From the NCBI GenBank assembly GCA_963663235.2, contig CAXXNO010000004.1, positions 672,001-736,000 on the forward strand: a stretch of 64,000 bases of DNA, written 5' to 3'. The notes beneath the pieces were generated by a model, which saw nothing but the letters and a program-made list of their open reading frames with translations, ran no database searches and was not told where the DNA came from. The stretch is from Dehalococcoidia bacterium (GTDB lineage Bacteria > Chloroflexota > Dehalococcoidia > Bin125). The translations under genes and the position numbers were made by a program. Of the stretch, positions 40,592-50,892 are shown in pieces (positions within the stretch are counted from its first letter, which is position 1; every line of letters begins with the position of its first letter).

Positions 40592-41491
40592 TCAATAATC
40601 AACCACCGTGGTCCACGGACCCTCCTCATGCGCCTCCCAGTACCGCTGCTTCAGCGTCTTGGTCAGCGGACCCACCACCCCTTCCCCCACCGGCTCCCCA
40701 TCGATCACGGTGATCGGCATCACCCCACCCCCCGTCGTCGTCACGAAGACCTCATCCGCCCCCCGCAAGAAACTCCCATCGAACGCCTCGAGTTTCGCCG
40801 GAATCCCCTCTTGCTTCGCGAGGTCGAGCACCGAGAGCCGTGTGATCCCCTCCAGCACGCCGCGCGGCGGCGTGTACAGCGTCCCCCCGGACACCGCGAA
40901 CACGTTGAACCCCGGCCCCTCCGTGATATTGCCCTCCGCATCGGGCAGCACGGCCAATCGCCCGCCCCGGTCGTAGGTCTCGAACATGGCCCGCGTCAGG
41001 TCGCCCCAGTGGAAGTTCTTGGCCGTCGGATCGACCGACTGCTCCGAGATCCGGATCGTGTCCTGCGCGATCACCAAGTGCGACCCCGTCTCCTGTTCCT
41101 CCGGCGACACGATCCACACGTACGGCATGGAATACACATAGAAGCGATTCCGCGACCGGCGCGGGTCTCGCAGCCCTTGCTCCGGCACCCCTCGGGTCAA
41201 GATCATGCAGAGGAACGCATCGCGGATCCCCGAGCGCCGCACGCATTCGAACACAATCTCCGCCATCTCCGCGCGACTCAGAGTCGGAGTCATCCGCAGC
41301 CCACGCCAACTCCGCTCGAAGCGGTCCAAATGCGCGTCGAGGCGGAAGAACTTGCCCTTCCACACGGCCACCGCGTCGTACGTGACATCCGAGCGCAGAA
41401 AGCCCGCATCGAGAATGGAGATCGTGGCGTCCGCGACGGGCGCATACTCCCCGTCCACGTAGGCACAACCATCCGCGTAGGCATTGGTCAT
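40592..41491 (-). CDS. Fold-IV aminotransferase, (R)-selective amine transaminase-like
   Basis: GCAYVDGEY, DAGFLRSDVTYD, LTRG, VDPTAKNFHWGDL, ITEGPGFN, LEGITR, ADEVFVTTTGGG. Confidence 0.88.
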   Translation of the reverse strand: MTNAYADGCAYVDGEYAPVADATISILDAGFLRSDVTYDAVAVWKGKFFRLDAHLDRFERSWRGLRMTPTLSRAEMAEIVFECVRRSGIRDAFLCMILTRGVPEQGLRDPRRSRNRFYVYSMPYVWIVSPEEQETGSHLVIAQDTIRISEQSVDPTAKNFHWGDLTRAMFETYDRGGRLAVLPDAEGNITEGPGFNVFAVSGGTLYTPPRGVLEGITRLSVLDLAKQEGIPAKLEAFDGSFLRGADEVFVTTTGGGVMPITVIDGEPVGEGVVGPLTKTLKQRYWEAHEEGPWTTVVDY

Positions 41492-41660
41492 GATGGCTCC
41501 TCTGCATGCGTCGGGTCCGATCCCACCAGAGTGACCGGCTGCACGCACTTTACTCCCCGAGGGGCGAGGGCTGTGCGAGCGTGGCTGGCGAGCCTACAGC
41601 CTCGCTGGAGGATCTTTTTCGCTTCGCTCCCGAGCGCAGCACAGCGCTTACGACTCCCGA

Positions 41661-41696
41661 CTTCCCAAGCAGAGGGTCGCGGGATCGAGTCTCGTT
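41661..41696 (+). other. Degenerate 3' fragment of tRNA-Gly(CCC), possible att-site scar
   Basis: CTTCCCAAGCAGAGGGTCGCGGGATCGAGTCTCGTT resembles the anticodon loop, variable loop and T arm; no D arm or acceptor stem. Confidence 0.55.
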
Positions 41697-41982
41697 GATC
41701 AGGGCCGAGCGGGCGGCCCGGTCGCAGCCGCCGCGGCCGCGCGGACGCTGACCCGCCTTCCCGGCGCGAGCAGCGCGTCGACGGGAGAAGGGCCGACCCT
41801 GCGAGGCGTCCGAGAATCGCCGCTTCCCCTGTCCGGGTGACCGACCGCTGGCGCGAAGAGACCGGGCCGCTGGTGCTAGTATCCGTCCGCAGCCGCGGCG
41901 CTGGGCCGCCCCGGCGCGGTGCGCGACGGACTTGCGGTCCGGGTTCCCATTCAGGGCGGCGTGGACGACCAGGAGGCGGAGC

Positions 41983-43407
41983 ATGGCGACGAACAAGGAG
42001 ATCCGCACCGTCCGGGCGATCGCCGACGGGCTGGCGGCGGGCGAATTCTCGAGCCGCGAGATCACGCAGCTCCTGCTGGACCACATCGAGCGGACGGACG
42101 GCACGATCAAAGCCTTCAACCGCGTCGCGCCTGAGCACGCGCTCCAGGCGGCCGACGCGTCGGACAAGCGTCGGCGCGCCGGCGCTGCGCAGGGTCCGCT
42201 GGATGGGGTGCCGTACGCGGCCAAGGACCTGGTCGAGACGGCCGGGATCGAGACGACCTCCTCCTCGAAAGTGCTGGAGGGGCACATCCCGACCCAGAGC
42301 GCCTCCACGGTGGAGCGCCTGGACGCCGCGGGCGCGGTCTTGGTGGGGAAGACGAACACCCACCAGTTCGCCTACGGGGTGCAGACGCCGCCGACGCGCA
42401 ATCCCTGGGACATGGAGACACCGCGGGTTCCCGGCGGTTCGAGCGGCGGCACCGGCGCGGCGGTGGCCACGGGGCAGATCCCCTTCGGCCTGGGCACGGA
42501 CACCGGCGGGTCGATCCGCATCCCCGCCTGCGTGAACGGGGTCACGGGACTGAAGGCGACGTTCGGCCGGATCCCCAAAGATGGAGTCCACGTGCTCTCG
42601 TACGCCCTGGACCACATCGGGCCCCTGTGCTGGACGGCGGAGGACGCCGCTCTGGCGCTGAACGTGCTCGCCGGCTACGACGCCCGCGACCTGAACTCGT
42701 CCAAGCAGCCGACCGAGGACTACACGGCGCACTTGGGGGAGGGCGTCAGGGGCCTGCGCGTCGCCGTGCCGCGTAACTACTTCAACAGCCACTACCCGGG
42801 CGTGACGGCGCCGTTCGAGGCCGCGGTCGCCGAGTTGAAGACGGCGGGCGCGCAAGTGTTTGCGGTCACGATACCGAAGGCGATCGAGTTGGTTGAGCCG
42901 GCAGGGTTCGGCATCTCCTTGGCGGAGTCGGCGGCCTGGCACGCCGGACCGATGCGCCGGCAGGGGCCGGACTATCAGGACGACGTGCGCAGCTTTATCC
43001 AGATCGGCGAGGTGATGCTCGCCACCGACTACATCAACGCCCAGCGCTATCGCACGCGGTTCAACGCAGAGATGCGAGAACTCTGGAAGCAGGAGCGCAT
43101 CGACGTGCTGGTCACGCCGACGATGCCAGTCACCGCGGCCCGGCACGGGCAGATGGAATACGAGGCGCCGGACGGCTTCCAGGAGACGCTGATGTCGGCC
43201 TCGATCCGCTGCTGCTTGCCCTTCAACATGACCGGGCAGCCGGCCCTGACCGTGCCGTGTGGCTTCGATGAGCAAGGGCTGCCCGTAGGGCTGCAGATCG
43301 TCGCGCGGCCGTGGGCCGACGCCCTGACGCTGCGGGTGGGGCACGCCTACCAGCAAGCGACCGACTGGCACACGAAGCGTCCGCCGCTCGCGGCGCTCGG
43401 CGCCTGA
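41983..43407 (+). CDS. Amidase-signature family amidase (copy 1)
   Basis: GPLDGVPYAAKD, PGGSSGG, GTDTGGSIRIPA, GLKATFGR, GLPVGLQ; AGGAGG RBS. Confidence 0.93.
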   Translation: MATNKEIRTVRAIADGLAAGEFSSREITQLLLDHIERTDGTIKAFNRVAPEHALQAADASDKRRRAGAAQGPLDGVPYAAKDLVETAGIETTSSSKVLEGHIPTQSASTVERLDAAGAVLVGKTNTHQFAYGVQTPPTRNPWDMETPRVPGGSSGGTGAAVATGQIPFGLGTDTGGSIRIPACVNGVTGLKATFGRIPKDGVHVLSYALDHIGPLCWTAEDAALALNVLAGYDARDLNSSKQPTEDYTAHLGEGVRGLRVAVPRNYFNSHYPGVTAPFEAAVAELKTAGAQVFAVTIPKAIELVEPAGFGISLAESAAWHAGPMRRQGPDYQDDVRSFIQIGEVMLATDYINAQRYRTRFNAEMRELWKQERIDVLVTPTMPVTAARHGQMEYEAPDGFQETLMSASIRCCLPFNMTGQPALTVPCGFDEQGLPVGLQIVARPWADALTLRVGHAYQQATDWHTKRPPLAALGA

Positions 43408-43641
43408 AGCGCCGCTCCCCGCGGCCGCTCGCCAGTGACGGCTGCAAGTGCTGTCGCGTCTCGCGAGCGCGGACGATCCGTTGATCGTGGTGGTCGAGTC
43501 CAGCCGACGGTCCGCGTCGATCAGGGCGGCTCGGGCTGCAGACGGGCCGCACGCCGGTGTATCGCTCGGCGCGTCGCGGCAACGCGGGCGCCGGCGCAGG
43601 ACGCCGCCGGCGGCGGCCCCTGCTCATCGAAGGCGGCCGGT

Positions 43642-44055
43642 CTAGCCGAGCGCGGCGATGCCGGCCTGCGCCACTTCCATGTCCTGCTGGTAGCTGCCAC
43701 CGCTGACACCGATCGCGCCGATGGTTTGGCCATCGCTCTGTAGGGGGTAGCCGCCGCCGATCATCATGAAGCGGGGAACGGCGAGGATGCCGTTGAGCAG
43801 CGGCGGGTCGTCCTTGATCAGGTCGAACCACTGGTCGGTGGGGAGACCGAACCCGGCGGCGGTCCAGGCTTTGTCGTTGGCGACGCCGATGCTGGGAAAC
43901 GGGGCCCCGTCCATGCGCACGAACGCCTTCAGGTAGGCGGCATCATCGAGCACTGAGATGACCACGGCAACGCCGATCTCCTTGGCTTTGGCCTCGGCGG
44001 CCGCGACGACCTGCTTCGCCGCCTCCGCGCTGATTGTCTGCTTGGCTACCGTCAT
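43642..44055 (-). CDS. GlcG/HbpS family heme-binding protein
   Basis: VVISVLDDAAYLKAFVRMDGA, KAWTA, GGGYPL, IGAIGVSGG..QD. Confidence 0.9.
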   Translation of the reverse strand: MTVAKQTISAEAAKQVVAAAEAKAKEIGVAVVISVLDDAAYLKAFVRMDGAPFPSIGVANDKAWTAAGFGLPTDQWFDLIKDDPPLLNGILAVPRFMMIGGGYPLQSDGQTIGAIGVSGGSYQQDMEVAQAGIAALG

Positions 44056-44241
44056 TGCCACGAGTGGCTCCTTTTCGCTTGGGGGCTCACGCATTCGATG
44101 CACACGGGAGGCTAACGGAGATACCACGGCGCGAACAGGGCGGGGAAGGTCAAGCCTGCTGCGGAGAACGGCCTCGACCGACGTGAACGGATGCGCCCCT
44201 ACACGAATCGCGAGGCCGAGATCGACGAGCGTCCCCCTGGC

Positions 44242-45490
44242 TCACTGCAACGGAATTCGCGCTCGGAAGCGGCACCCGGAGCCGCCGTCCTCATCCAGAA
44301 CGAGAGTGCCGTCGTGCGCCTCGAAGATCCCGCGGGCGATCGCGAGTCCGAGACCCGCGCCGGCACCGTCGCGCCACGTCGCCGCGGAAGAACGGATCGA
44401 AGACACGGGCGGCGTCCGCAGCCGGGATGCCCGGGCCGGAGTCCGCCACGGTCAATTCCAGGCCGCCGTCCAGGCGCCGTGCCGCGAGCGTGACCCGCCC
44501 GCCGGCTGGCGAATAGCGGATGGCGTTGCTGAGCAGATTGCGCAGCGCCCGCTGCATGCACCAGGGGTCGGCTTGAACCAGTGGAAGGTCCGGGCCCACC
44601 TCGCTGTGGAGCTGCACGGCGTCGTGGTCGGCTTCGGCGCGCACGCTTTCGACGGACTCGGCGACCAGCACACCCACATCGGTGGGCGTGCGTTGCAGCG
44701 CGAGGGCACCGGCCTCGATACGGGAGAGGTCGAAGAGATCCTCGATCAGGCGGTCGAGCCGTTCGAGCTCAGCTCCGATCTGTATGAGGTAGCGACGCTG
44801 GGTGTCCTCATCAAGAAGCTGATCGGCGATCGCTTCGCTCATCAGTCGGGCGCTGGCGAGCGGCGTGCGCAGGTCGTGGGAGATGGCCGCCACCAGTTCC
44901 CGTCGCTGGGCTTCCGCTCGCGTCCGCGCCGCCGTGGCGGCGCTCAGCCGTTCGGCCATCGCGTTGAACGCGCGAGCCAGATGCGCGACCTCGTCGTGGC
45001 CGTCGGTCGCGGCGCGCACCGCGACGGTATCCGTGCGGACCTGGTCAACGGTCTGGACGAGACGGCTGATCGAGTCGGAGGCCGCGCGCGCGACCTGGCC
45101 CGCGATGAGGGAGGCGACGAGGAGAGAGAAGAGGAGCAGGGCCGCGAGCAGCGTGAGGTCATGGCCGCTGAGGAACATGAAGCCCGCCGTGATGATGACG
45201 TTCACCAGCGCCAGCAGGACCCCGAAGAGGGCCGCCAGCACGATCCGTCCCCCCATCCCGGCGAGCGGGCGCCTTCGCAAATAGCGGAGGATGGCGAAGT
45301 AGGCCAGGAAAGAGACCAACGCGGAAGCGCTCAGCAGGCCTGCGATCTGGGGCAGTTCGCCCTGCGGCGGATCCATCGCCAGCCAGATGACGAACAGGCC
45401 CACGGCGATGGCGCCGAGGAGGGCGAAGGGGAGCGCCGGCATGCGACCGAGCAGGAGCGAGACGCCGTGCGCGCGGGGAACGCTACGCAT
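44242..45490 (-). CDS. HAMP sensor histidine kinase (frameshift near 44372)
   Basis: DEVAHLARAFNAMA, ISHDLRTPL, NLLSNAIRYS, DSGPGI, FDPFFRGD; G2 box GAGLGLAIARGIFEAHDG..FRARIPLQ* reads in another frame. Confidence 0.88.
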
Positions 45491-46166
45491 CGAACCGATA
45501 CCCGACGGACCACACGGTCATGAGATGGCGCGGCCGTTGATCATCGACCTCGATCTTCACGCGGAGGCGCCGCACGTGGACGGTGACGGTGGAGGCATCG
45601 CCTTCGAAGTCCCAGCCCCAGACCTGCTCCAGAAGTTGCTCCCGGCTGAAGACCTGACTGCGATGCGAGGCAAAGAACAGGAGGAGGTCAAACTCCTTGG
45701 CGCTGAGCGCGATGGGATCGCCGTCTCGCAGAACGGTGCGAGCCGCCGGATCGATCTCGAGATTGCCCGCGATCAGCCGTCCGTTGGTCCCGGCATCCGC
45801 AGCGCTGCGGCGCAACACCGCCTTGACGCGGGCGACGAGCTCCCGCGGGCTGAAGGGCTTGACCAAGTAGTCATCGGCGCCCAGCTCAAGGCCGAGAAGA
45901 CGCTCCGGCTCGCGCCCCCGCGCGGTGAGCATGATGATGGGAACATCCGATTGGGCGCGCACACGGCGACAGACCTCTTCCCCCGGGATCTCTGGAAGCA
46001 TGAGATCGAGCACGATCAGCTCGGGCGGGTGCGTGGCGATCATGGCGAGCGCTTCCGTCCCCGACCGCGCCGTGCGGACAGTGAAGCCGTCGCGCTCCAG
46101 GTAGCGGCGGACCACGTCGAGCACGGTCGCTTCGTCGTCCACCACGAGGATCGCGGGCTGGGCCAC
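45483..46166 (-). CDS. OmpR/PhoB family response regulator
   Basis: ILVVDDE, LDLMLP, IMLTAR, GADDYLVKPFSPREL, TVTVHVRRLR, TVWSVGYRF. Confidence 0.95.
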   Translation of the reverse strand: MAQPAILVVDDEATVLDVVRRYLERDGFTVRTARSGTEALAMIATHPPELIVLDLMLPEIPGEEVCRRVRAQSDVPIIMLTARGREPERLLGLELGADDYLVKPFSPRELVARVKAVLRRSAADAGTNGRLIAGNLEIDPAARTVLRDGDPIALSAKEFDLLLFFASHRSQVFSREQLLEQVWGWDFEGDASTVTVHVRRLRVKIEVDDQRPRHLMTVWSVGYRFDA

Positions 46167-46246
46167 GTCGTTGCTTCCAAGGCGGGGCAGAGGGGCGAAG
46201 CCCCCTCCACGCTCCGCGGGGCGCTCGCTTCCGCCACCCGAGCGTT

Positions 46247-47311
46247 TTAGCGCCGCGCCCTCGATAGTCGAACGATAGCACCGAGCGCGAGGACACCCAG
46301 AGCGGCGAACGCCGCGATCTGCCACGGGGCCAAGCCGCCGTCTCCATCGGCGAGACCGCCGCTCCCAGTTGACGGGAGGGCCGTGGCACGCGGCGGCCCG
46401 CCGAGCGTCGCGGTTCCCGTGGGGACGCTTCCGAGGTTCTGCTCCAGTGGCGTCAGGGTGTGGTCGAGCAGGCCCGCGGGCACTTCGCCCACGAGTGGCT
46501 TGATGGAGAAGGGTCCAGAACCCGTGGGGTCACTCCCCATCAGGTCGGGCTCCACGGAGATCACGATGAGCGAGTCGCCATCCGCGAGGTTGACCGGGGG
46601 CGCTATCGCCGCAGGCAGGTTTGCCACGAAGTCCTCCCCGGGGAAGGGAGGGCCGGAGCTCGACCCCGAGAAGGCAGCGGCGAGATCGGCGCCGCCAGGG
46701 GTTTCGAAAGGTCCCGTACTCAGCGGCGTCCCCTGCGTCACGCCCCAGCCCTCGTAGACCCACCCGGCGGGCAAGGCGGGGAGGGTGAGCGACGGTTGCG
46801 GGCCCGCGGGGTCCAAAAACCAGACGCCGGCGGCATCGTTGTCGGGGTCGTCATCCGTGGGTGTTGCGAGGATGTAACCGCCGGCGGCGGCGGAGAGGTC
46901 GACGGGGAAAGCCAGAGCGGCGCGGTCGCCGGCGCGCGGGCCGGCCAGGACGACGATGCCGCTCGGCAGATCGTCGACATCGCCGTCGGCCTCGATCGTG
47001 ACGACGATGGAATCTGCGTCGCGCAGATCGACGCCGGATCGGAAGAGGTCGATCGGCTGGCCGGCGAGCGTCAGAAGGGAACCGTCGCCGGCGAGGGCGA
47101 ACTTCCCGGTGCTGACCTTTTCCTCCCCGAAAATCGCCCAGCCTTCGTAATGCCCCGCTGCCAGGGGTTCAAGCGCCCGGAGATCGAGGCGCAGCGTGGT
47201 GGCGACCTGGGCCTGCGTCTGTTCTGTAAGGACCGGGGCGACCACGGCGGCCGAGATCGCCACGAGTCCGAGAGTGAGGACGTACAAATGCTTCCTAGTA
47301 ATGCGTCGCAC
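46247..47311 (-). CDS. Secreted protein with two YEGW repeats and an LPxTG-like C-terminal sorting signal
   Basis: Signal peptide; HYEGW..STGKF and VYEGW..STGPF; LPSTG, hydrophobic helix and RLSRARR tail. Confidence 0.8.
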   Translation of the reverse strand: MRRITRKHLYVLTLGLVAISAAVVAPVLTEQTQAQVATTLRLDLRALEPLAAGHYEGWAIFGEEKVSTGKFALAGDGSLLTLAGQPIDLFRSGVDLRDADSIVVTIEADGDVDDLPSGIVVLAGPRAGDRAALAFPVDLSAAAGGYILATPTDDDPDNDAAGVWFLDPAGPQPSLTLPALPAGWVYEGWGVTQGTPLSTGPFETPGGADLAAAFSGSSSGPPFPGEDFVANLPAAIAPPVNLADGDSLIVISVEPDLMGSDPTGSGPFSIKPLVGEVPAGLLDHTLTPLEQNLGSVPTGTATLGGPPRATALPSTGSGGLADGDGGLAPWQIAAFAALGVLALGAIVRLSRARR

Positions 47312-47436
47312 TGACCACGCTCCTTTTCCTACAGGAGCCAGTGTGCGGGGTAATTCTTACGAATCTCTAAACGAATCGACGGCGGCGATGGGGCGCAGGG
47401 CGTCACGTTTTGCCGCCTGAACCCTCTAATGGGCAG

Positions 47437-48553
47437 ATGAAAATGCGAGCGACACTCATCCTCCGAGCGCCCCTGGACCGGGTGCGCTTCGCAGTCGGCA
47501 TCGTGGACGGGTCGCGGGGCCACGAGGAGTCCGAGCAGGCCCCCGCTATCGATTGGTGCGCCGGGTGCGCCCGGGTCGCTGCCAACCTGCCACGGATCAG
47601 ACAGCGCCACCACCTCCTCCGCGTGCCGCGCCTCACGCTCCCGGGCGGGCTTCCGCCCGTCCCGGGCCCGACGCGCAGGATTGCACTCGTAGCGGTGACG
47701 GTGGCGACTATCGCGGTCGTCGGCCATTACCTGTCCGCACCAGGCATGGAGCAGACCTCCGTGTTGTACGCGTCCCCTCCGCACAGCGATGATTCCGCCG
47801 GCAAGGATCGCATCCTCACGCCGATTGAAACGCTCACCGACACGATCAATCGCGCCTTGGCGGACGGCCAGCTGACTGAGCAGGAAGCGGCGACGCTGGG
47901 CCGGCAGTGGCCGGAATTGGCCCTGGCGCAACAGTCCTTCGAGAGCGTGATCCAAGGAACGTCCATGCAGGAGCTGTTCGCCGCGCTCCTTGGGGTGACC
48001 AGACTGCAGAAACACCTCGCGGCGGCCGATGACGGCACGCCCGAGCAGATCGGCCTACTCCTGACATCGTGCAACGCTCTGGCTTCGGTCTTGCAAGATG
48101 CGATCCCGGATGAAGGCGGTAGCACAGACGGTTCCGGCGTCGCCGTCGATGGCGACGGCTATGTCCTGTACTACGTCCCGGCCAACGGCGCTACGGACTC
48201 GGCCCCCGACAACAGCGACGGCGGCGGCAACGGCAACAACGGCGGCGGCAACGGTAACGGCGGCGACAACGGTAACGGCGACAACGGCGGCAACGGCAAC
48301 GGCGGCGGACAACGGCGGCAACAACGGCGGCAACGGCAACGGCAGCGGCGACAACGGCAACGGCGACAACGGCAACGGCGACAACGGTAACGGCGACAAC
48401 GACAACGGCAACGGCGGCAACGGCAACGGCGACAACGGCAACGGCGACAACGGTAACGGCGGCGACGACGGTAACGGCGGCGACAACGGTAACGGCGGCG
48501 GCAACGGTAACGGCGGCAACAACGGTAACGGCGGCGGCAACGGTGACGATTAG
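47437..48553 (+). CDS. Membrane-anchored protein with Gly/Asn/Asp low-complexity tail (frameshift ~48305)
   Basis: TM IALVAVTVATIAVVG, helical domain, then (GNGD/GNGG)n continuing in ORF 48098-48553. Confidence 0.55.
48209..48550 (+). repeat. GGC/AAC/GAC codon-level low-complexity tandem repeat
   Basis: Repeated units such as GGCGACAACGGYAAC. Confidence 0.9.
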
Positions 48554-48633
48554 CACGCCGCGCGCGTGCTTCGATCGCAGCCCCAGAATCTCCCGCCAGT
48601 GCCCTCTGGCGGGATCCGTGGGGAGCGGCCTGG

Positions 48634-49065
48634 CTACAGGTCCATTCGCTGCGCCAGTAGCTCCGCGATCATCTCCACCACCTCGGCCGGCGTCGGCACC
48701 AGGAACGCGATAAATTGGAGCAAGCCCACCGCTCGCCCCCGACGGATCAGCGCGATGTCGAGGGATATGGGAAACTTCGCTCCCTCCACCTCCAGCGTCA
48801 CCATCCCCCGGAACAGCGCGGACTCGTCCCCGAGCCGCAGGAACGGTCTTATCCCACTCGGTCCGACGGCGACCGTCGCCACTGCGCCGATGTTCTGCTC
48901 GGACAGCGCCTCGGCCAGCTCCTTGAACAACACCGCCGCCACTCGGCCCACGTCCTGCCCCGCGATCTGCTGGAACGCCACCGCCGCGTCGCCTTCGCTC
49001 TCCAGGATCACGGCGATGTGCCGCACGGCGTCCACCACCCACCCGTCCGGGAGATCCGCGAGCAT
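48634..49065 (-). CDS. Hypothetical protein, PknH-like extracellular-domain fragment
   Basis: DLPDGW, LGDES, LIRRGRAV pattern; may be truncated. Confidence 0.45.
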   Translation of the reverse strand: MLADLPDGWVVDAVRHIAVILESEGDAAVAFQQIAGQDVGRVAAVLFKELAEALSEQNIGAVATVAVGPSGIRPFLRLGDESALFRGMVTLEVEGAKFPISLDIALIRRGRAVGLLQFIAFLVPTPAEVVEMIAELLAQRMDL

Positions 49066-49122
49066 TCCCCGCCGACGCCCCTGGCCGGCCCTCAGAGGCT
49101 TGTGCCCTCGATCAGGTGTTGT

Positions 49123-49480
49123 GGGAGCCCTTGATCGGGCCGCCCTAGATAGCGGCATGGCGCGGGGAGTCTGAACAGGCCCCCGCGATCGATCTGCACG
49201 CCGTGTGCGCCCGGGTCGCTGCCAACCGGCGACGGATCGGACAGCGCCAGCGCCTCCTCCGCGTGCCGCGCCTCACGCACCCGGGCGGGCTCCCGCCCGT
49301 CCCGGCCCGACGCTCAGGAATGCACTAGTGGCGGTGACGGTGACGGTGACGGTGAGCCGGCGATCACAGCGACGACGATGGTGACGACCGCCGCGGCGAT
49401 GACGATCGCGCTGGCAACTCGGGCGGCAACAGCGGTGGTAATCACGGCAACGGCGGCGGCGACGGTGATGATTAGCACGC
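49123..49480 (+). pseudogene. Internally deleted, degenerate copy of the GN-rich gene
   Basis: 49123-49350 matches ~47467-47705 (e.g. GCGCCCGGGTCGCTGCCAACC, CCTCCTCCGCGTGCCGCGCCTCACGC); ends GGTGATGATTAGCACGCC like 48542-48560. Confidence 0.8.
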
Positions 49481-49564
49481 CCACGGCCGAGCGATCGATC
49501 GGCGGGGCGGGGCGGCGGATGGGCAGTATACTGCCGGGGTTCGATGGTTCCGTCGGGGGGCGTG

Positions 49565-50746
49565 ATGGACTTTTCGTTTGGCGAGAACGAGGAGCGGCTG
49601 CGGGAGGAGGTGCGGTCCTTCCTGCGCGACAACCTGCCGGAGTCGGATGTCGGCGGCGACGCCGCGCTGCGGCCGCGAACGGACCGCGAGTTCGAGCGGG
49701 CCCAGGCGATCAATCACAAACTGGCGGAGCGCGGCTGGATCGCGCCGGCGTGGCCGAAGCAGTACGGCGGGCTGGGCGCGTCGATCTTCGAACAGATGGT
49801 GTTCAACGAGGAGTTCGGCTACTACGGGGTACCGGACACGGGAACGCGGACCTTCGGCGTGGGCATGATTGGCCCGACGCTGATCATCCACGGGAGTGAA
49901 GAGCAGAAGCAGCGCTACCTGCCGCGGATCACGAGCGGGGAGGATATCTGGTGCCAGGGGTACAGCGAGCCGGGCGCCGGCTCAGACCTGGCCGGCCTGC
50001 AGACGCGCGCGGTGCGCGACGGCGACGACTACGTGATCAACGGCCACAAGATCTGGACTTCCGGCGGGCATCGCGCCAACCAGATGTTCTGTTTGGTGCG
50101 CACGAACCCCGAGGCCCCCAAGCATCGCGGGATCAGCTTCTTGATCGTCGACGACATCAAGCACGCCTCCGGCCTGGAGATCCGTCCCTTGATCAACATG
50201 GCGAACCGCCATCACTTCAACGAGGTCTTCTTTGAGGACGTGCGCGTGCCCGCGCGCAACCTGGTGGGGGAGGAAGATCGGGGCTGGTACATCGGCATGA
50301 CGTTGCTCGACTTCGAGCGATCGGGCATCGGGACGACGGCCGCCCAGCGCAAGACGCTGGAGGTGCTGGCAGCGAGGAGTCGCGAGTTGCCCGCGAGCCA
50401 GCGGGCGCGGGCGCGCATTGCGCTGGCCGATTGCGTGGTGGCCAACAACGCCTCCCGTCTCCTGGGCCTGCGCTTGGGCTCCATGCAGGCGCAGGGCCAA
50501 GTCCCGAACTATGAGGCCTCGATGGTGAAGGTGTTCCAGTCGGAGTTGGGCCAGCGGATCTACGGCTTCGGCGTCCGCATGCTCGGCCTGGCCGGCCAGC
50601 TGGTGCCGGAGGAGCCGCGCGCGCCGCTGGGCGGGGAGATCGTCGAGGCGATGATCCAGGCGGTGCCGACGACGATCTACAGCGGCACCAGCGAGATTCA
50701 GCGCAACATCATCGCCACGCGCGGGCTGGGCCTTCCGCGGGAGTAG
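49565..50746 (+). CDS. Acyl-CoA dehydrogenase family protein
   Basis: WPKQYGG, WCQGYSEPGAGSDLA, NGHKIWTS, FNEVFFEDVRVP, TIYSGTSEIQRNIIA. Confidence 0.94.
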   Translation: MDFSFGENEERLREEVRSFLRDNLPESDVGGDAALRPRTDREFERAQAINHKLAERGWIAPAWPKQYGGLGASIFEQMVFNEEFGYYGVPDTGTRTFGVGMIGPTLIIHGSEEQKQRYLPRITSGEDIWCQGYSEPGAGSDLAGLQTRAVRDGDDYVINGHKIWTSGGHRANQMFCLVRTNPEAPKHRGISFLIVDDIKHASGLEIRPLINMANRHHFNEVFFEDVRVPARNLVGEEDRGWYIGMTLLDFERSGIGTTAAQRKTLEVLAARSRELPASQRARARIALADCVVANNASRLLGLRLGSMQAQGQVPNYEASMVKVFQSELGQRIYGFGVRMLGLAGQLVPEEPRAPLGGEIVEAMIQAVPTTIYSGTSEIQRNIIATRGLGLPRE

Positions 50747-50892
50747 CGCGCGCGGAGCGGCGCCCGCCTGGACGCCCAAGGCCTCAATCCTGCCGACCGG
50801 GCTACTCGACGACGCGACAGGCGCTGCGCCCTGTTTGTCTTGGACAGCGATGCCGTCTCGCCCTGCACCTGGACCAGTTCTTGGGGGACAAG

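Noticed and set aside
41640-41710. Intact tRNA-Gly gene
   Set aside because: No D arm, acceptor stem or CCA; T loop is mutated (GATCGA).
48209-48550. CRISPR array
   Set aside because: Codon-level low-complexity repeat with no unique spacers and no cas genes.
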